Source: Candidatus Bathyarchaeota archaeon
Lineage (GTDB): Archaea; Thermoproteota; Bathyarchaeia; 40CM-2-53-6
Direction: 5' to 3'
NCBI GenBank assembly: GCA_005888735.1
Contig: VBBN01000035.1
Span: 11,671-75,670, forward strand
Length of the DNA: 64,000 nucleotides
Shown here: positions 40,002 through 50,444 of the stretch, one piece after another
Numbering within the stretch: position 1 is the stretch's first letter
Layout: the number at the start of each line of letters is the position of its first letter
Notes under the pieces: model-generated
Told to the model about the DNA's origin: nothing
Seen by the model: the letters and a program-made list of their open reading frames with translations, nothing else
Databases searched by the model: none
Made by a program: the position numbers and the translations under genes

Positions 40002-40477
40002 CGCGAGCCTAGCTCTTTTGCTTCAGCTGAGAGAACGGATGAGACATTTGGCGCTGCGATAGTCAGGGATGAGACGAGTTCCTTGGTTAGGGAGGATTGT
40101 GTGTTGTTCCGAGCGAGTTCAACTAGGACGCGGAGGTTGGTGGTGATCAGCCAACTGCCCTCATCGAGCCGGCTGGTTTCGAAGAACTTTGATGAGTTCA
40201 GGAGAGAGAGAATTTCCTCTTCTTTTGCCTCAGCGAGCCAGGTGATACTGTTGTGTTCTAGGATGTCATAGTGACCGAGTTCGAGGGCGCGTCTTAGGAG
40301 ACCGCTGATTCTTTCAGAGTCGAACACCTTCTCGCCCTCGAGGGTCCTGTCCGGGTTTGTATGAGTGAACAGTTCGTAGCCGGGGTGCGGTGAATAGCAG
40401 CTGCGCATGGCAGCTGCGCACACACGTTCCAGGTCAGGCTCATAGGCTACGAGGTGGGCACGCAAAGTGAAACTCAT
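39998..40477 (-). CDS. ThyX N-terminal/degenerate domain encoded as a separate gene
   Basis: AAAMRSCYS...GHYDILEH and ITTNLR; ATGA overlap with thyX. Confidence 0.75.
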   Translation of the reverse strand: MSFTLRAHLVAYEPDLERVCAAAMRSCYSPHPGYELFTHTNPDRTLEGEKVFDSERISGLLRRALELGHYDILEHNSITWLAEAKEEEILSLLNSSKFFETSRLDEGSWLITTNLRVLVELARNNTQSSLTKELVSSLTIAAPNVSSVLSAEAKELGSR

Positions 40478-40725
40478 CGTGAAATATGGTAGTGGTTAGG
40501 CTGGGCTTGGTAAAAGAACTATCTGCGAAGAGGGACATTTCACAGGACAAGCATTCATTTGGGCAAACGCGAGTTTCAAGTTGAATCTGCCAATCACTCG
40601 CGAGCAGGCGATCGAGGTGTTCAGATGGGTGAGTTACTCAGGCGAGTAACTAGGTGAGTCTAAGTAAATGCTAATGACGTGAGGAATAGATAAGCCGTTC
40701 TTGAAGAGCGCCGGTAAGCGCAAGC

Positions 40726-40887
40726 TTGTCGTATGAGATCGCTCCCGGTCCACGTCACGATATCGTGGCGTGTGTAGAGTGCGGAAGAGGTATGTGCCGG
40801 ACGTGCCCTGACAACTATCACCTGTGTGGAAGGTGTAGGGTCGAGCTGTGCGATTTGTGTGTGACTGAGCACGTTTGCAGATGCTAA
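40726..40887 (+). CDS. Unannotated 53-aa Cys-rich microprotein (four CxxC plus HxCxC)
   Basis: TTG start; MSYEIAPGPRHDIVACVECGRGMCRTCPDNYHLCGRCRVELCDLCVTEHVCRC*. Confidence 0.6.
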   Translation: MSYEIAPGPRHDIVACVECGRGMCRTCPDNYHLCGRCRVELCDLCVTEHVCRC

Positions 40888-42200
40888 ACAGGCTTGCCTT
40901 TCTGCTTCGAGAGTGTCCTCGAGGCCGGTCTGATGCTAGATGATCGCGAAGGCCGCGACAGGAGTCTCCTGTATACCAGGCCGATTGGAACGACCGCCAG
41001 ACTGATAAGAAGCAATCCTCCGACAAACGGTAGCATCGCAAGCGAAACGATGAGAGAGACCCAGGGGAACAGTCTCTTTCGGCCTTCACCAAGAAGCCTT
41101 ATGCCGCAAGCAGAACCGACAACGTATACGATAATGGCGGCTCCACTTGGGATTAGCAAGGCTGTCTCCAGGTCAATGTTCAGAAAGAAAGATACAGCCA
41201 ATGCGACGACCGACAATCCAGACAAAAGCGCTAGGGCGTTGGCAGGCGCGCCAGTGTTGCTTTGTATTCGGCCGAGCCTCCTAGGCAAACCTCCGCCTTC
41301 AGCTACTGCTGAAACAACTCGTGACATTCCAGTTGTGTAAGCATTGACTGTTCCGAAGATTATGAAAACTGCCAAGATGCCCGTACCAATCGCTCCGTAG
41401 ATCCCTAGAGCATTGGACAGGATGGAGGCAAACGGGGCGACGCTACCTCCTGCGCTATACGACTTGGTTCCAACGGTCGCCACGGCAACGGCCAGGTAGA
41501 GGGTGCTGATCAGGACGACACTGAGAATGATACTTCGGTGAAAGTCTCGCTTCGGGTTCTTGAACTCCCCTCCCACGTTGGACACGTTCTCATAGCCCAG
41601 ATACGACCAGAAGATCAAGGCCGCAACAGTGCCAATGGGGGGGAACCCGTTTGGAAAGAAAGGAGTGAAGTTTTCAAGTCGCACAATAGAAGCGGAGGCG
41701 ATGACCGCAGAAAGCAGGAGAGCGATTATTGAGACGTTGAGTGCAAGTTGGACTTTGCCGCTGATGGTTATGCCTCTATTGTTGACGAGGAAGGTTCCAA
41801 GAATGATCAGCCCGGCGACTAAGTAGATAATGGTTCTGTTCAGCGGTAAGGCGAAGGCAAGGTACGACGCTGCAATTACCGTTACGACTGGTGCACCTGT
41901 GACGTACCAGAGAATGAACAGCCAGCCCACCCCGTCAGCCAGGCTCGGTCCGAAGCTCTCACGGGCAAAAGAGTAGACCCCCCCGGATTCAGGCCTCCGT
42001 GCTGAGAGACTAGCGAACGTGTAGGCTAACGGGTAACTGGCGACTGACAAACCAATCCATGCAAGCAGGGAAGCGGGACCTGCAATCTTTGCAGCTAGCC
42101 CCGGTAGCACCAACACTCCGGAGCCGAGAACTGAACTCATGTAGAGTGCGACGGCGTATCGCAGTGTGACTGTCTTATGTAGTCCTGAGTCGTGGGACAT
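40884..42200 (-). CDS. APC family amino acid permease
   Basis: SVLGSGV..LPG, PESGG.Y, WSYLGYE, EFKNPKRD; about 12 TM. Confidence 0.93.
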   Translation of the reverse strand: MSHDSGLHKTVTLRYAVALYMSSVLGSGVLVLPGLAAKIAGPASLLAWIGLSVASYPLAYTFASLSARRPESGGVYSFARESFGPSLADGVGWLFILWYVTGAPVVTVIAASYLAFALPLNRTIIYLVAGLIILGTFLVNNRGITISGKVQLALNVSIIALLLSAVIASASIVRLENFTPFFPNGFPPIGTVAALIFWSYLGYENVSNVGGEFKNPKRDFHRSIILSVVLISTLYLAVAVATVGTKSYSAGGSVAPFASILSNALGIYGAIGTGILAVFIIFGTVNAYTTGMSRVVSAVAEGGGLPRRLGRIQSNTGAPANALALLSGLSVVALAVSFFLNIDLETALLIPSGAAIIVYVVGSACGIRLLGEGRKRLFPWVSLIVSLAMLPFVGGLLLISLAVVPIGLVYRRLLSRPSRSSSIRPASRTLSKQKGKPV

Positions 42201-42377
42201 CTGCCCGGCCTAAAGGTCTCGAACCACGGACGACGGGATAAAGTCTGGGCCGTCCTACGACGGTTGCCTCCGCCAGGCGAGTATTTGCAGAATTCCCACC
42301 GGACTCTTTGCCCCTAATGCAGTTGTCGTAACAAGACCTAAATCCGCTTGCCACGAAGGCTGCGCCTCTAGCAGAAA

Positions 42378-42914
42378 ATGTCCGCACCAACAACTTCCCC
42401 TTCAAAACCGAGGACCAGGCGAAGGCGCGTTTTAGCCGGGACTATTGCGATCATTGTTCTCATCGTGGTCCTCGTTCCACCACTTCTCGCGAGCGGCTTC
42501 ACAATACCCGTTTCCAAGGTAACCTTCAACGAGACCACCGGCTCCCTCGCATTCGCAAGCGCCAACGCCACGGTCCAAGTCATGACAGCTTACCAGTGGC
42601 TCTTCACCGTCCGCACCGGAGGTCTGATTCAGACTTCTAATACAGACGTCTCAAGCTCGCGAGGAACCGTCAACATCACAGTAAGGCTAGAACTAACAAA
42701 CCCGTCGAATCAGGTGGTAGATTTGGGAAATACCACGATCAACGGCGCAATCGGAACAAGAAGTCACATTCTCTACCTCTCAGTCGACCAGGGAGTCCGC
42801 GTTGCAGGCACCTACAAGCTTGACATAATAGTCAAGGCCGATGTCAATCCTGTCGGAGGACCGATACAGCTCGCCCTTACAAAAACCGTTACAGTGATCT
42901 TCACGATATCCTGA
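42378..42914 (+). CDS. N-terminally anchored extracellular beta-sheet protein
   Basis: RRRR followed by a TM helix, then Thr-rich beta strands. Confidence 0.7.
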   Translation: MSAPTTSPSKPRTRRRRVLAGTIAIIVLIVVLVPPLLASGFTIPVSKVTFNETTGSLAFASANATVQVMTAYQWLFTVRTGGLIQTSNTDVSSSRGTVNITVRLELTNPSNQVVDLGNTTINGAIGTRSHILYLSVDQGVRVAGTYKLDIIVKADVNPVGGPIQLALTKTVTVIFTIS

Positions 42915-43043
42915 CCGTGATCATAAAAGCATTCTAAGTCTGGCTGAAGTAGACAACGGGTATACCCTGTCGAACGAGGGTTGCCTTGGGTGGAGGAGGG
43001 TTTCCACGGCATCGGCAAGTCTTAAATCAATTTTCCCTCGCCA

Positions 43044-43961
43044 GTGAATAATCGATTCTTGAACACAAAGACGCCATCGTCCGTGTTAATTCTAGCACTC
43101 ACTCTGATTATGATCATGCCAGAAACTCCTCCGATTCTAGCACTCGCACAAACGACCGCGATGGTGTCTATCAATCCCTGTTTCTCAGTGGGAGATCCCG
43201 GGTCTATCTTCCAGGTTGAAGTTGACATATCTGGCGTCCCCAGCTTGGTGGCGTACGATCTTTCATTTGAATTCAACCCCGTTTCGCTAAATGCTACTGC
43301 GGTGGACTTTGACGCCTCGACTGTCGTCGCCGGAACAAGTCACTTCAATGTGGCAACGATCGTCGACAACAGCATTGGGCAAGTACGGTATGCGGTTACG
43401 CTCTTGGGGGGAAACGTGGTAGACGCTTCGGGAACGGTGACCGCACTGAAGCTCACTTTACAGGTTGTCGGTACCCAAGACTCACCCATTAGTATCGCAG
43501 CACAGATTGTTCAACTTGTAAATGGCGTGCCTACAACGGTTTCCAACGTCATCGTGAGTAGCTGCAGATTCGTAGTCCCTCCCACTATTCTCATCGTCCC
43601 ACCCAATTCCGATGTCAGGCCCGGTCAGAGGCTGCGGCGGATCAGCAAAGCTCAGGACCATGTTGACCTATTAGGCTACATACAACTTGCACCCAACTCA
43701 ACTCGGCCAGGCTTCGGGGGTGTGGTCTTCGACATAGTCGGCCCCAATGGTGAAGTTCAAGTCTTCTCCAGCATCGCCTTCATGTTCCCAGGTAACTCCA
43801 CAACGGTGACAGCGTCGTTCTCTTATCCGCTGGACAGCTCCTCCATCGGCACGTACAACTACAGCGTTTTGGCGGTCCGATGTGTGACGACGACGGCTTG
43901 CATACAAGGGACCAAAGCATACATGAGCCTAGATGGGCCATTCTTCAAGGTCAAGGCATAG
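43044..43961 (+). CDS. Secreted cohesin-like domain protein
   Basis: Signal peptide; FQVEVDISGV..LVAYDLSFEFNP..L pattern typical of archaeal cohesin-like domains. Confidence 0.65.
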   Translation: MNNRFLNTKTPSSVLILALTLIMIMPETPPILALAQTTAMVSINPCFSVGDPGSIFQVEVDISGVPSLVAYDLSFEFNPVSLNATAVDFDASTVVAGTSHFNVATIVDNSIGQVRYAVTLLGGNVVDASGTVTALKLTLQVVGTQDSPISIAAQIVQLVNGVPTTVSNVIVSSCRFVVPPTILIVPPNSDVRPGQRLRRISKAQDHVDLLGYIQLAPNSTRPGFGGVVFDIVGPNGEVQVFSSIAFMFPGNSTTVTASFSYPLDSSSIGTYNYSVLAVRCVTTTACIQGTKAYMSLDGPFFKVKA

Positions 43962-44124
43962 ACACCCTCACACGAACGAAGATAATCCCCTGGATGGTGA
44001 GACAGTATTGGACGGGTCCCTTGAGCATTGTGTTTCCACGAACTGATTCTTCCGGGTTGTCCATGTTCATCTAACAATTCCCCTAAGGCGTCCCTTATAG
44101 TATCAGTTGTCGACAAACACGCTC

Positions 44125-44724
44125 ATGGGAGCCGCGGAAATTGTGGTCCGTCGACTCAAACCTGAGCTATTGGATGACTATCTTCGGTTTTTCGACAAGG
44201 ACGCTTTCACGGATTTTCCCTACTGGTCGGGCTGTTACTGCGGCTTCTACGAGACCAGTGGAGAAGAGTGGGACGCAACCGCTAAGGCGGGGCCGGCCCA
44301 TCGAGCAGCAAAGGCAGAACGTATTAGCTCCGGCAAAGCCTTAGGGCTGCTGGCCTATGTGGACGATAAAGTCGTAGGCTGGTGCAACGCGCAACTTCGC
44401 TCCAACTTCGTCAACATGCGTCGTTATTCCGTCGCAATCAATAATCCAGACGAACGCGTCGGCTCGATAATGTGCTTCCTCGTAGCTCCAAACTACAGGA
44501 GAATCGGAGTCTGTACTGCACTCGTGAACGCTGCCTGCGAAATGTTCCGATCCCTTAGCCTCGAAGCGGCCGAGGGCTATCCCACAACCAGTCCCGCGAA
44601 GTCGAGCTGGGAGGTCCCGTGGGCCGAAGAAAACTACAAGGGCCCTTTGAGCATCTTCTTGAATAATGGTTTCAAGATTCACCGCCAGCTAGAACGATTC
44701 GCAATAGTGAGGAAACAGCTCTAA
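44125..44724 (+). CDS. GNAT family acetyltransferase (W.GCYC subfamily)
   Basis: WSGCYC, VVGWC, CFLVAP.YRRIGV, EGYP. Confidence 0.88.
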   Translation: MGAAEIVVRRLKPELLDDYLRFFDKDAFTDFPYWSGCYCGFYETSGEEWDATAKAGPAHRAAKAERISSGKALGLLAYVDDKVVGWCNAQLRSNFVNMRRYSVAINNPDERVGSIMCFLVAPNYRRIGVCTALVNAACEMFRSLSLEAAEGYPTTSPAKSSWEVPWAEENYKGPLSIFLNNGFKIHRQLERFAIVRKQL

Positions 44725-44923
44725 CGCCTGTCTCGGGCGCTGTCATTGGCATGAATTCGGAGACCTCAACCTCATCACCTGAACAAATCCCTGATGGGCG
44801 GTGCCCCATGGGCGCTCAGCTTCCTAAGACAGACTAGAAGTAAAAAGTGAGCTGTAGGGGCGGTAGCAGATTACCTACAGGCATTTTTTAGCAGATTAGG
44901 CAAGGCTTGGGGATTGACGAGCT

Positions 44924-46177
44924 GTGAGCCCAATGCACCGCAATGGACTAGTAGCTTTGGCGGTCATCACAATTCTAGTGTTCGAATCGATGGTCCCAAG
45001 TATGGTGGCAGCAAGCAATCCCGTCTTGGTTTACTCGGGACTCAATTTTCCAGTTTCCTTCCGGTTCACACCTGATGGGCGAATACTCTTCAACGAGAGA
45101 ACGACAGGCAATATTCGGGTAATCCAGAGCGGGATAATCCTCCCAACACCGTTTGCAACACTGGCAGTGGCAACAGATGGACCCGAGCAGGGTCTTCTCG
45201 GCATGGCTCTAGACCCTGACTTTGCGACAAACGGGTTCGTCTATGTCTACCGGACAGTCTACAATGGGTCTTACTACCATGGACTGGTCACACGCCTCAA
45301 CGCAACAGGAAATACGGGAGTAAACCCCGTAACCATCTTCGACGTTACCAATCCATCTCCAGGCAACCTGTACCACAACGGGGGCTACCTCAAGTTCGGA
45401 CCTGACAGAAGGCTTTACGCGCAAGTCGGCGAATTTCAAAACCAACAGCTCGCTCAAAATCTCTCATCCAATGCTGGCAAGATTCTCAGAATGAACGCCG
45501 ATGGAACAGTACCTATCGACAACCCATACCGAGGAAGCCTTGTGTATGCCTACGGTATCAGAAACGGCTTCGGAATGGACTTCGACCCTACAAATGGCAA
45601 TCTCATTGAAACCGAAGCAGGCCCGGCCAGCAATGACGAGATCAATGTCATCGTCCCCAAGGGCAATTACGGCTGGCCCAATTGTTCAGGAAGGTGCACC
45701 AATACAGCCTACGTAGACCCCATCGCCACGTTCACTCCGGTAGTGACTCCCACGGGAATCGCTTACTCTTCAGGTGGCGAGTACTTTTTCGGCGAATGGA
45801 CTGGAGCCAGCCTCAACAGGTTGAAATTGAATTCGTCGGGTACTGTTCAATCCATTGAGCAAATCTCCCCCATTGGAGCCACCAACGATGGTGTCCTTGA
45901 CGTAGTTCTCGGCCCTGACCAGAAAATCTACTTCTCTACTAGGTCGGGAATCTACTCGTATGATACATCCTTTCCAGGCGGAACGGGACCGCCTTTCGCG
46001 CCTAACATTTCCTCAAGTCTGATTAGCTTCGGTCTCATCGCAATCGGAATCAGCGCAACAATAATTTTCGTACTGTTCTTCCAAAGGAGGCGCAAGCGGT
46101 CCGAGAGCCGACAGCCCGTGTGTCCAACGAAGTCGAAAGCCCTCCTTACCCTCCGTCGCCTAGAATCACAACTCTAG
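44924..46177 (+). CDS. Membrane-anchored PQQ-dependent sugar dehydrogenase (GSDH family)
   Basis: EQGLLGMALDPDF, HNGG.LKFGPD, GKILR, YAYGIRN, DEIN, NYGWP; C-terminal TM followed by RRRKR. Confidence 0.92.
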   Translation: MSPMHRNGLVALAVITILVFESMVPSMVAASNPVLVYSGLNFPVSFRFTPDGRILFNERTTGNIRVIQSGIILPTPFATLAVATDGPEQGLLGMALDPDFATNGFVYVYRTVYNGSYYHGLVTRLNATGNTGVNPVTIFDVTNPSPGNLYHNGGYLKFGPDRRLYAQVGEFQNQQLAQNLSSNAGKILRMNADGTVPIDNPYRGSLVYAYGIRNGFGMDFDPTNGNLIETEAGPASNDEINVIVPKGNYGWPNCSGRCTNTAYVDPIATFTPVVTPTGIAYSSGGEYFFGEWTGASLNRLKLNSSGTVQSIEQISPIGATNDGVLDVVLGPDQKIYFSTRSGIYSYDTSFPGGTGPPFAPNISSSLISFGLIAIGISATIIFVLFFQRRRKRSESRQPVCPTKSKALLTLRRLESQL

Positions 46178-46198
46178 ATTAAGTACCGCACAGAATTA

Positions 46199-46227
46199 GC
46201 CCTTCTGCCCTTAGAGGCAGGAGGGGC
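46199..46227 (+). terminator. GC-rich stem-loop downstream of the dehydrogenase gene
   Basis: GCCCTTCTGCC-cttaga-GGCAGGAGGGGC, imperfect stem. Confidence 0.4.
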
Positions 46228-46498
46228 AGACACAGTATGAGGCTAATCCGTGGATTTCTTGCATTCGATTCGTGGAGAATTTCGTCTTGGAAGATCAGCA
46301 TGCGCTAAGGCCTCCGCAGTTGAACTCAGCACCGCATATTTCACAATGGAGTATTCTCTCAGTCCCCATTGCTAGAAGAGCGAAGAGCTGAGCGAGCTCT
46401 CCTAGATGGACTATCTGGGATGGCCACCTCTCATGGAGAGTTCACCTTACCTAGGAAAGCATTTCTTTTAGTAAGTATGACGCGCGAGGAATTCGACC

Positions 46499-46864
46499 TT
46501 GAGCGTCTCGAGCCGGCTAGCCGATGACCTCTTCGCTCTCGATGATAGAGTGCGTTACGTTGCAGTCTTGGATAGGAACCACAAGCTTGTCGAGTCGAGA
46601 ATGCGGTCCAGCGTTATGAGCTTGACTCCTGGGGAATATGATCGGAAGTTCATGGGAAGCGTTCCACCCCTCGTTCTAGATACCGTGTCCCAGCTCGAAG
46701 CCCAGTGTGGACCTGTGAGCCACATTTCAATACAGTACCAGAGAGTAGACTTGGTTTTCTTCCCCTACAATAACCAGATTCTCGCGCTGAGCCTTGAGCC
46801 AGGTCCGTTGGAGCCAATTCTTCGCAAGCTGAAGGAAAAGTTCGGTTTGAAGATCCATCTCTGA
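46499..46864 (+). CDS. Roadblock/LC7-like (profilin-fold) small protein
   Basis: D.RVRYVAVLD...MR...G.V..I.I.Y..V....FP...LALSLE pattern of TACK roadblock-like proteins. Confidence 0.7.
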   Translation: MSVSSRLADDLFALDDRVRYVAVLDRNHKLVESRMRSSVMSLTPGEYDRKFMGSVPPLVLDTVSQLEAQCGPVSHISIQYQRVDLVFFPYNNQILALSLEPGPLEPILRKLKEKFGLKIHL

Positions 46865-46918
46865 GAATTCCTTAATACTGCTGGCCACCGTTCCGCCAGG
46901 CGCGCAGCGTCATCAGGG

Positions 46919-47398
46919 ATGGCAAAGACTCGTAACGGTAGAAGCCAGCTTGCAAAGCTAGCCAGCGCCCATAGGCCCAGCCCCAGGCTACAGACACCGC
47001 GCAAAGAGGATTACGTCGAGATAATCTACGAACTCATCCGAGAGAAAGGATTCGCAAAACCAGTTGACATTGCTAACCACCTACATGTCACCCCGCCCAC
47101 CGTCACTGGTATGTTGGACGGCCTGCGCAGGGAGGGTTTGATAGTTCATGAGAAGTACGGTGGAATAGCCTTGACTGCGAGAGGCTCGGCCATGGCCGAG
47201 ACGATCGGGGAGCGACACGCATTGCTGGTCAACTTTCTCCGTCTCTTCGGCGTTCAAGAGGCTACAGCTCAGAAGGACACGGAAGGCTTGGAACATTACG
47301 TCGCCCCCGGGACCCTGGAGCAGTTGGCCAGACTCATTGATTACGTGAAGGCAAACCCTGACTGGTGGAGCCAGTTTAAGAAACAGTCAAAGGCCTAA
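46919..47398 (+). CDS. DtxR/MntR family metal-dependent regulator
   Basis: EDYVEIIY, VTPPTVT.ML, LT..G, RH, EGLEH. Confidence 0.93.
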   Translation: MAKTRNGRSQLAKLASAHRPSPRLQTPRKEDYVEIIYELIREKGFAKPVDIANHLHVTPPTVTGMLDGLRREGLIVHEKYGGIALTARGSAMAETIGERHALLVNFLRLFGVQEATAQKDTEGLEHYVAPGTLEQLARLIDYVKANPDWWSQFKKQSKA

Positions 47399-47465
47399 CG
47401 TGACTGTTGAAGACAAGAGCAAGTTTACTGATTGCATCGCCTATCTAAGGTGCAGAAGGAAAAAC

Positions 47466-48944
47466 CTACTTGAGAGATGAAGTAATTTCCTCCACTAGAG
47501 GATTCAGGTCCAGTCCTTTATAGCCAAGGTCTCGCAGCATCTCTTCTACCTGATATTTTTGCCCGAGTGACCACCACTTCTGGAGCTGTATCCCTGCCCC
47601 CCTCTTTAGGAACCAGTCTTCCCCAAAACGCTCGGTTAGGATGCGCTTGACTTGGGATTCGAATATCCAAGCGCGGAGATAGTTGGCACAATAGAATCCG
47701 TCATCAACATCCATCAGATAGTGGCTGGCGGGGTGCTTGAACACCAGCGACAACTCAAGAGTCTCTTTGTACCGGTTCGGGGCGTCCTTGAGACCCTTTC
47801 TATGAAGAGCGAGTTCGTATGTGAGTTTCGCAGCGTACCGGCGCAGGAAGTAGAGCTTGTAGAGATAGACGAACTTGAGAAACGCTCTTGGCTCCCTCAT
47901 ACCTGTATACTTCGCCAGCCAGTGGGGGTTTGTCAGTAAGTATTCCATCAGGAATGCGTAGCCCTCGGTGAGCGAATTATCGCCAAGATACCGGTATTCG
48001 ACTGGGAGGTCTGAACGTGTCGACCCATAATGTTCGGCGTGGCCAGCTTCGTGGAATATCGATGCGTAGTCATCATGCCCGCCTTGCGGCATCACTACTA
48101 GTCTAACGTCGTCCGGGACCTTGATTGGACTGACAAAGGCCCTCGGCGTCTTCTTAGGTCTCTCCTCAACATCGAGGTGGATGTTCCTCTGTTCATCGAG
48201 TCTTATTCCCATTCCTGCAAGGGTCCGCTTGAGCGTCTCAATCGCCTTCTCTCTCCTGAAGAAGCTATCGAACTCTATGGCTCGGAAGACATAACTGATG
48301 TCGTGTTTCTCCGCCTCCGGCAACGTGGCTCCTGCTTGCGTCTTTGTTAACTCGCCTAGTTGCGTAGTGTAGGAAGCTTTCGTCTTCTCGAGAAACGAGC
48401 GTAGCAATAAGTCGAGAGATTCCAGTTGTATAGATTTGATGTCCTCGTAGAGTTTGACATAGTCAGAATAGCCAAGCTCGTGAGCGGTCTTGTGCAGAAC
48501 GAGCATTCTCTCCTCGAGAGTTGGGTTGATGGTCTCGATGACCCGATTACGTGCTCCGAATATTGATGCTCTTTTTTTCCTGTTAGGCTCGTTGACCATG
48601 ACAACGGCGGCTTGACGGAAAGGATACGTGTCCCCGGCCACTGTTACAGTGGCTTCTGACTCTACTGTAGTCGCTTTGTCTGACAGTTGTTTAACACGGT
48701 TCTCCATGTAGTTGCCGAAGAGAAAGGAGCGCAGGTACCTGAGCCTTCTCTCCTTCTCCCCGTCGGCGGACCGGGCCTCCTTCTGGACCTCGTCCAAGAT
48801 GGCCCGTTTGAACAGGTGACCATATTTTTCATAGATCTTAGCAGCTTCAATCTTATCCTTCAACCCGGCTCCATTGAGATAGTATTCTTGGTCCAATAGA
48901 CTGTTGAACTCTTCGAGGTCCGAGCGAATCTGATCGATGTTCAA
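47466..48944 (-). CDS. M3-like (oligopeptidase) zinc peptidase
   Basis: RPKK.PRAF, FHEAGHAEH, TEGYAFL.E, YCANYLRA. Confidence 0.8.
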   Translation of the reverse strand: MNIDQIRSDLEEFNSLLDQEYYLNGAGLKDKIEAAKIYEKYGHLFKRAILDEVQKEARSADGEKERRLRYLRSFLFGNYMENRVKQLSDKATTVESEATVTVAGDTYPFRQAAVVMVNEPNRKKRASIFGARNRVIETINPTLEERMLVLHKTAHELGYSDYVKLYEDIKSIQLESLDLLLRSFLEKTKASYTTQLGELTKTQAGATLPEAEKHDISYVFRAIEFDSFFRREKAIETLKRTLAGMGIRLDEQRNIHLDVEERPKKTPRAFVSPIKVPDDVRLVVMPQGGHDDYASIFHEAGHAEHYGSTRSDLPVEYRYLGDNSLTEGYAFLMEYLLTNPHWLAKYTGMREPRAFLKFVYLYKLYFLRRYAAKLTYELALHRKGLKDAPNRYKETLELSLVFKHPASHYLMDVDDGFYCANYLRAWIFESQVKRILTERFGEDWFLKRGAGIQLQKWWSLGQKYQVEEMLRDLGYKGLDLNPLVEEITSSLK

Positions 48945-49026
48945 GATTAACTGGGCAGTTAGACCGTATTTCCGTGTAGAAAAAGGCTAGAGCATCTGCC
49001 TTGCCCAACTTTTAAGGTCGGAAACG

Positions 49027-50367
49027 ATGCCCACTTCCTCAACTTTGCAAACGAAGGAGCCGAAAGTATCGTACCAGCGAGTCTTTGAACTCTTGGAAGC
49101 CCATCACAAATGGTTCCAGCAGTCCCTTCCCCTGATTGCCAGCGAGAATATCCCGAGCCAGGCTGTTCGCGAAGCGATCCTCTCGGACTTTGGCAATCGG
49201 TACGCAGAGGGGTGGCCGGGTGAGAGAGTCTACGCAGGTTGCAAGTACATTGACCAGGTCGAGCTTTTGTGCAAACAGCTAGCTGAGGAATTGTTCCGGG
49301 TCGAGTTTGCGGACGTTCGCCCCGTCTCGGGGGTCTGTGCAAACCTCGTTGCATACACCACTTTCACGAACCCCGCTGATACGATGATGGCTCTACCCAT
49401 TCCTGCTGGCGGGCACATCAGCATGGGAAAGAAGGAATTCGGAGGGACAGCAGGCTCTGTTCGAGGGTTGAACGTCGAGTATTTTCCGTTCGATACCGAC
49501 ATGATGGACATCGATGTTGACGCGACAAAGAAGAGGGTCGAGAAACTGGTTGCCGAGGGCAAGAAACCTGCTCTAGCCATGTTCGGTGGCTCGGTGCTCC
49601 TCTTTCCTCAACCGGTCCGTGAGCTTTCAGACTTCTTCCACGAGCTTGATGCGAAGGTCTGCTTCGACGCGGCCCATGTCGCTGGGCTGGTCGCGGGGGG
49701 AAAATTCCAAGACCCAATCCATGAAGGGGCGGATGCCATGACATGCAGTACGCACAAGACACTCCCAGGGCCTCAGGGAGGACTGATTATTTCACATGCT
49801 AGGTATGGCGAGGCAATAAAAAAATCTACCTTCCCTAGCAACTTGAGCAACCACCACCTGCACCATTTGGCGGGGAAGGCCGTGATGTTCGCTGAGATGA
49901 TGGCGTTCGGCCGCGAGTACGTTACTCAGATTGTCAGGAATAGCAAGGCCCTTGCGCAAGCTATGCACGAACGTGGTTTCAAGGTCATGGGCGAGAAGCG
50001 TGGTTTCACCGAGTCCCACCAATTGGTAGCTGATATCACGAAGTACGGGGATGGGAGGACTATAGAGAAGCGGTTGGAGAACTCGAACATCATTCTCAAC
50101 CGCAACCTTCTGCCATATGATATCAAGGCCGGCAGGCATTTTGAAGCTCCCGGAGGGATCAGAATGGGAGTATCCGAGCTTACACGTCTTGGAATGAGCG
50201 AGTCTGAGATGGTCGATATCGCAGAGCTAATCGCACGAGTGGTTGTGAAGCGAGAGTCCCCTGAGAAAGTGGCGGCGGACGTGGCCGAGTTCCGAAAGGA
50301 CTACAATCGTGTCAAGTACGCCTTCGACTCGACACGCGACGCATACGAGTACATCAGACTGCGCTGA
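49027..50367 (+). CDS. glyA: Serine hydroxymethyltransferase
   Basis: LIASEN, RYAEG, GGHIS, DAAH, STHKTLPGPQGG. Confidence 0.97.
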   Translation: MPTSSTLQTKEPKVSYQRVFELLEAHHKWFQQSLPLIASENIPSQAVREAILSDFGNRYAEGWPGERVYAGCKYIDQVELLCKQLAEELFRVEFADVRPVSGVCANLVAYTTFTNPADTMMALPIPAGGHISMGKKEFGGTAGSVRGLNVEYFPFDTDMMDIDVDATKKRVEKLVAEGKKPALAMFGGSVLLFPQPVRELSDFFHELDAKVCFDAAHVAGLVAGGKFQDPIHEGADAMTCSTHKTLPGPQGGLIISHARYGEAIKKSTFPSNLSNHHLHHLAGKAVMFAEMMAFGREYVTQIVRNSKALAQAMHERGFKVMGEKRGFTESHQLVADITKYGDGRTIEKRLENSNIILNRNLLPYDIKAGRHFEAPGGIRMGVSELTRLGMSESEMVDIAELIARVVVKRESPEKVAADVAEFRKDYNRVKYAFDSTRDAYEYIRLR

Positions 50368-50444
50368 TAGACCTCCAAAAGCCTTGGACGGTACGCTTAA
50401 TACAGTCAGGCGCTGACCTCTATACGACAAACGGCTGATCGGTG

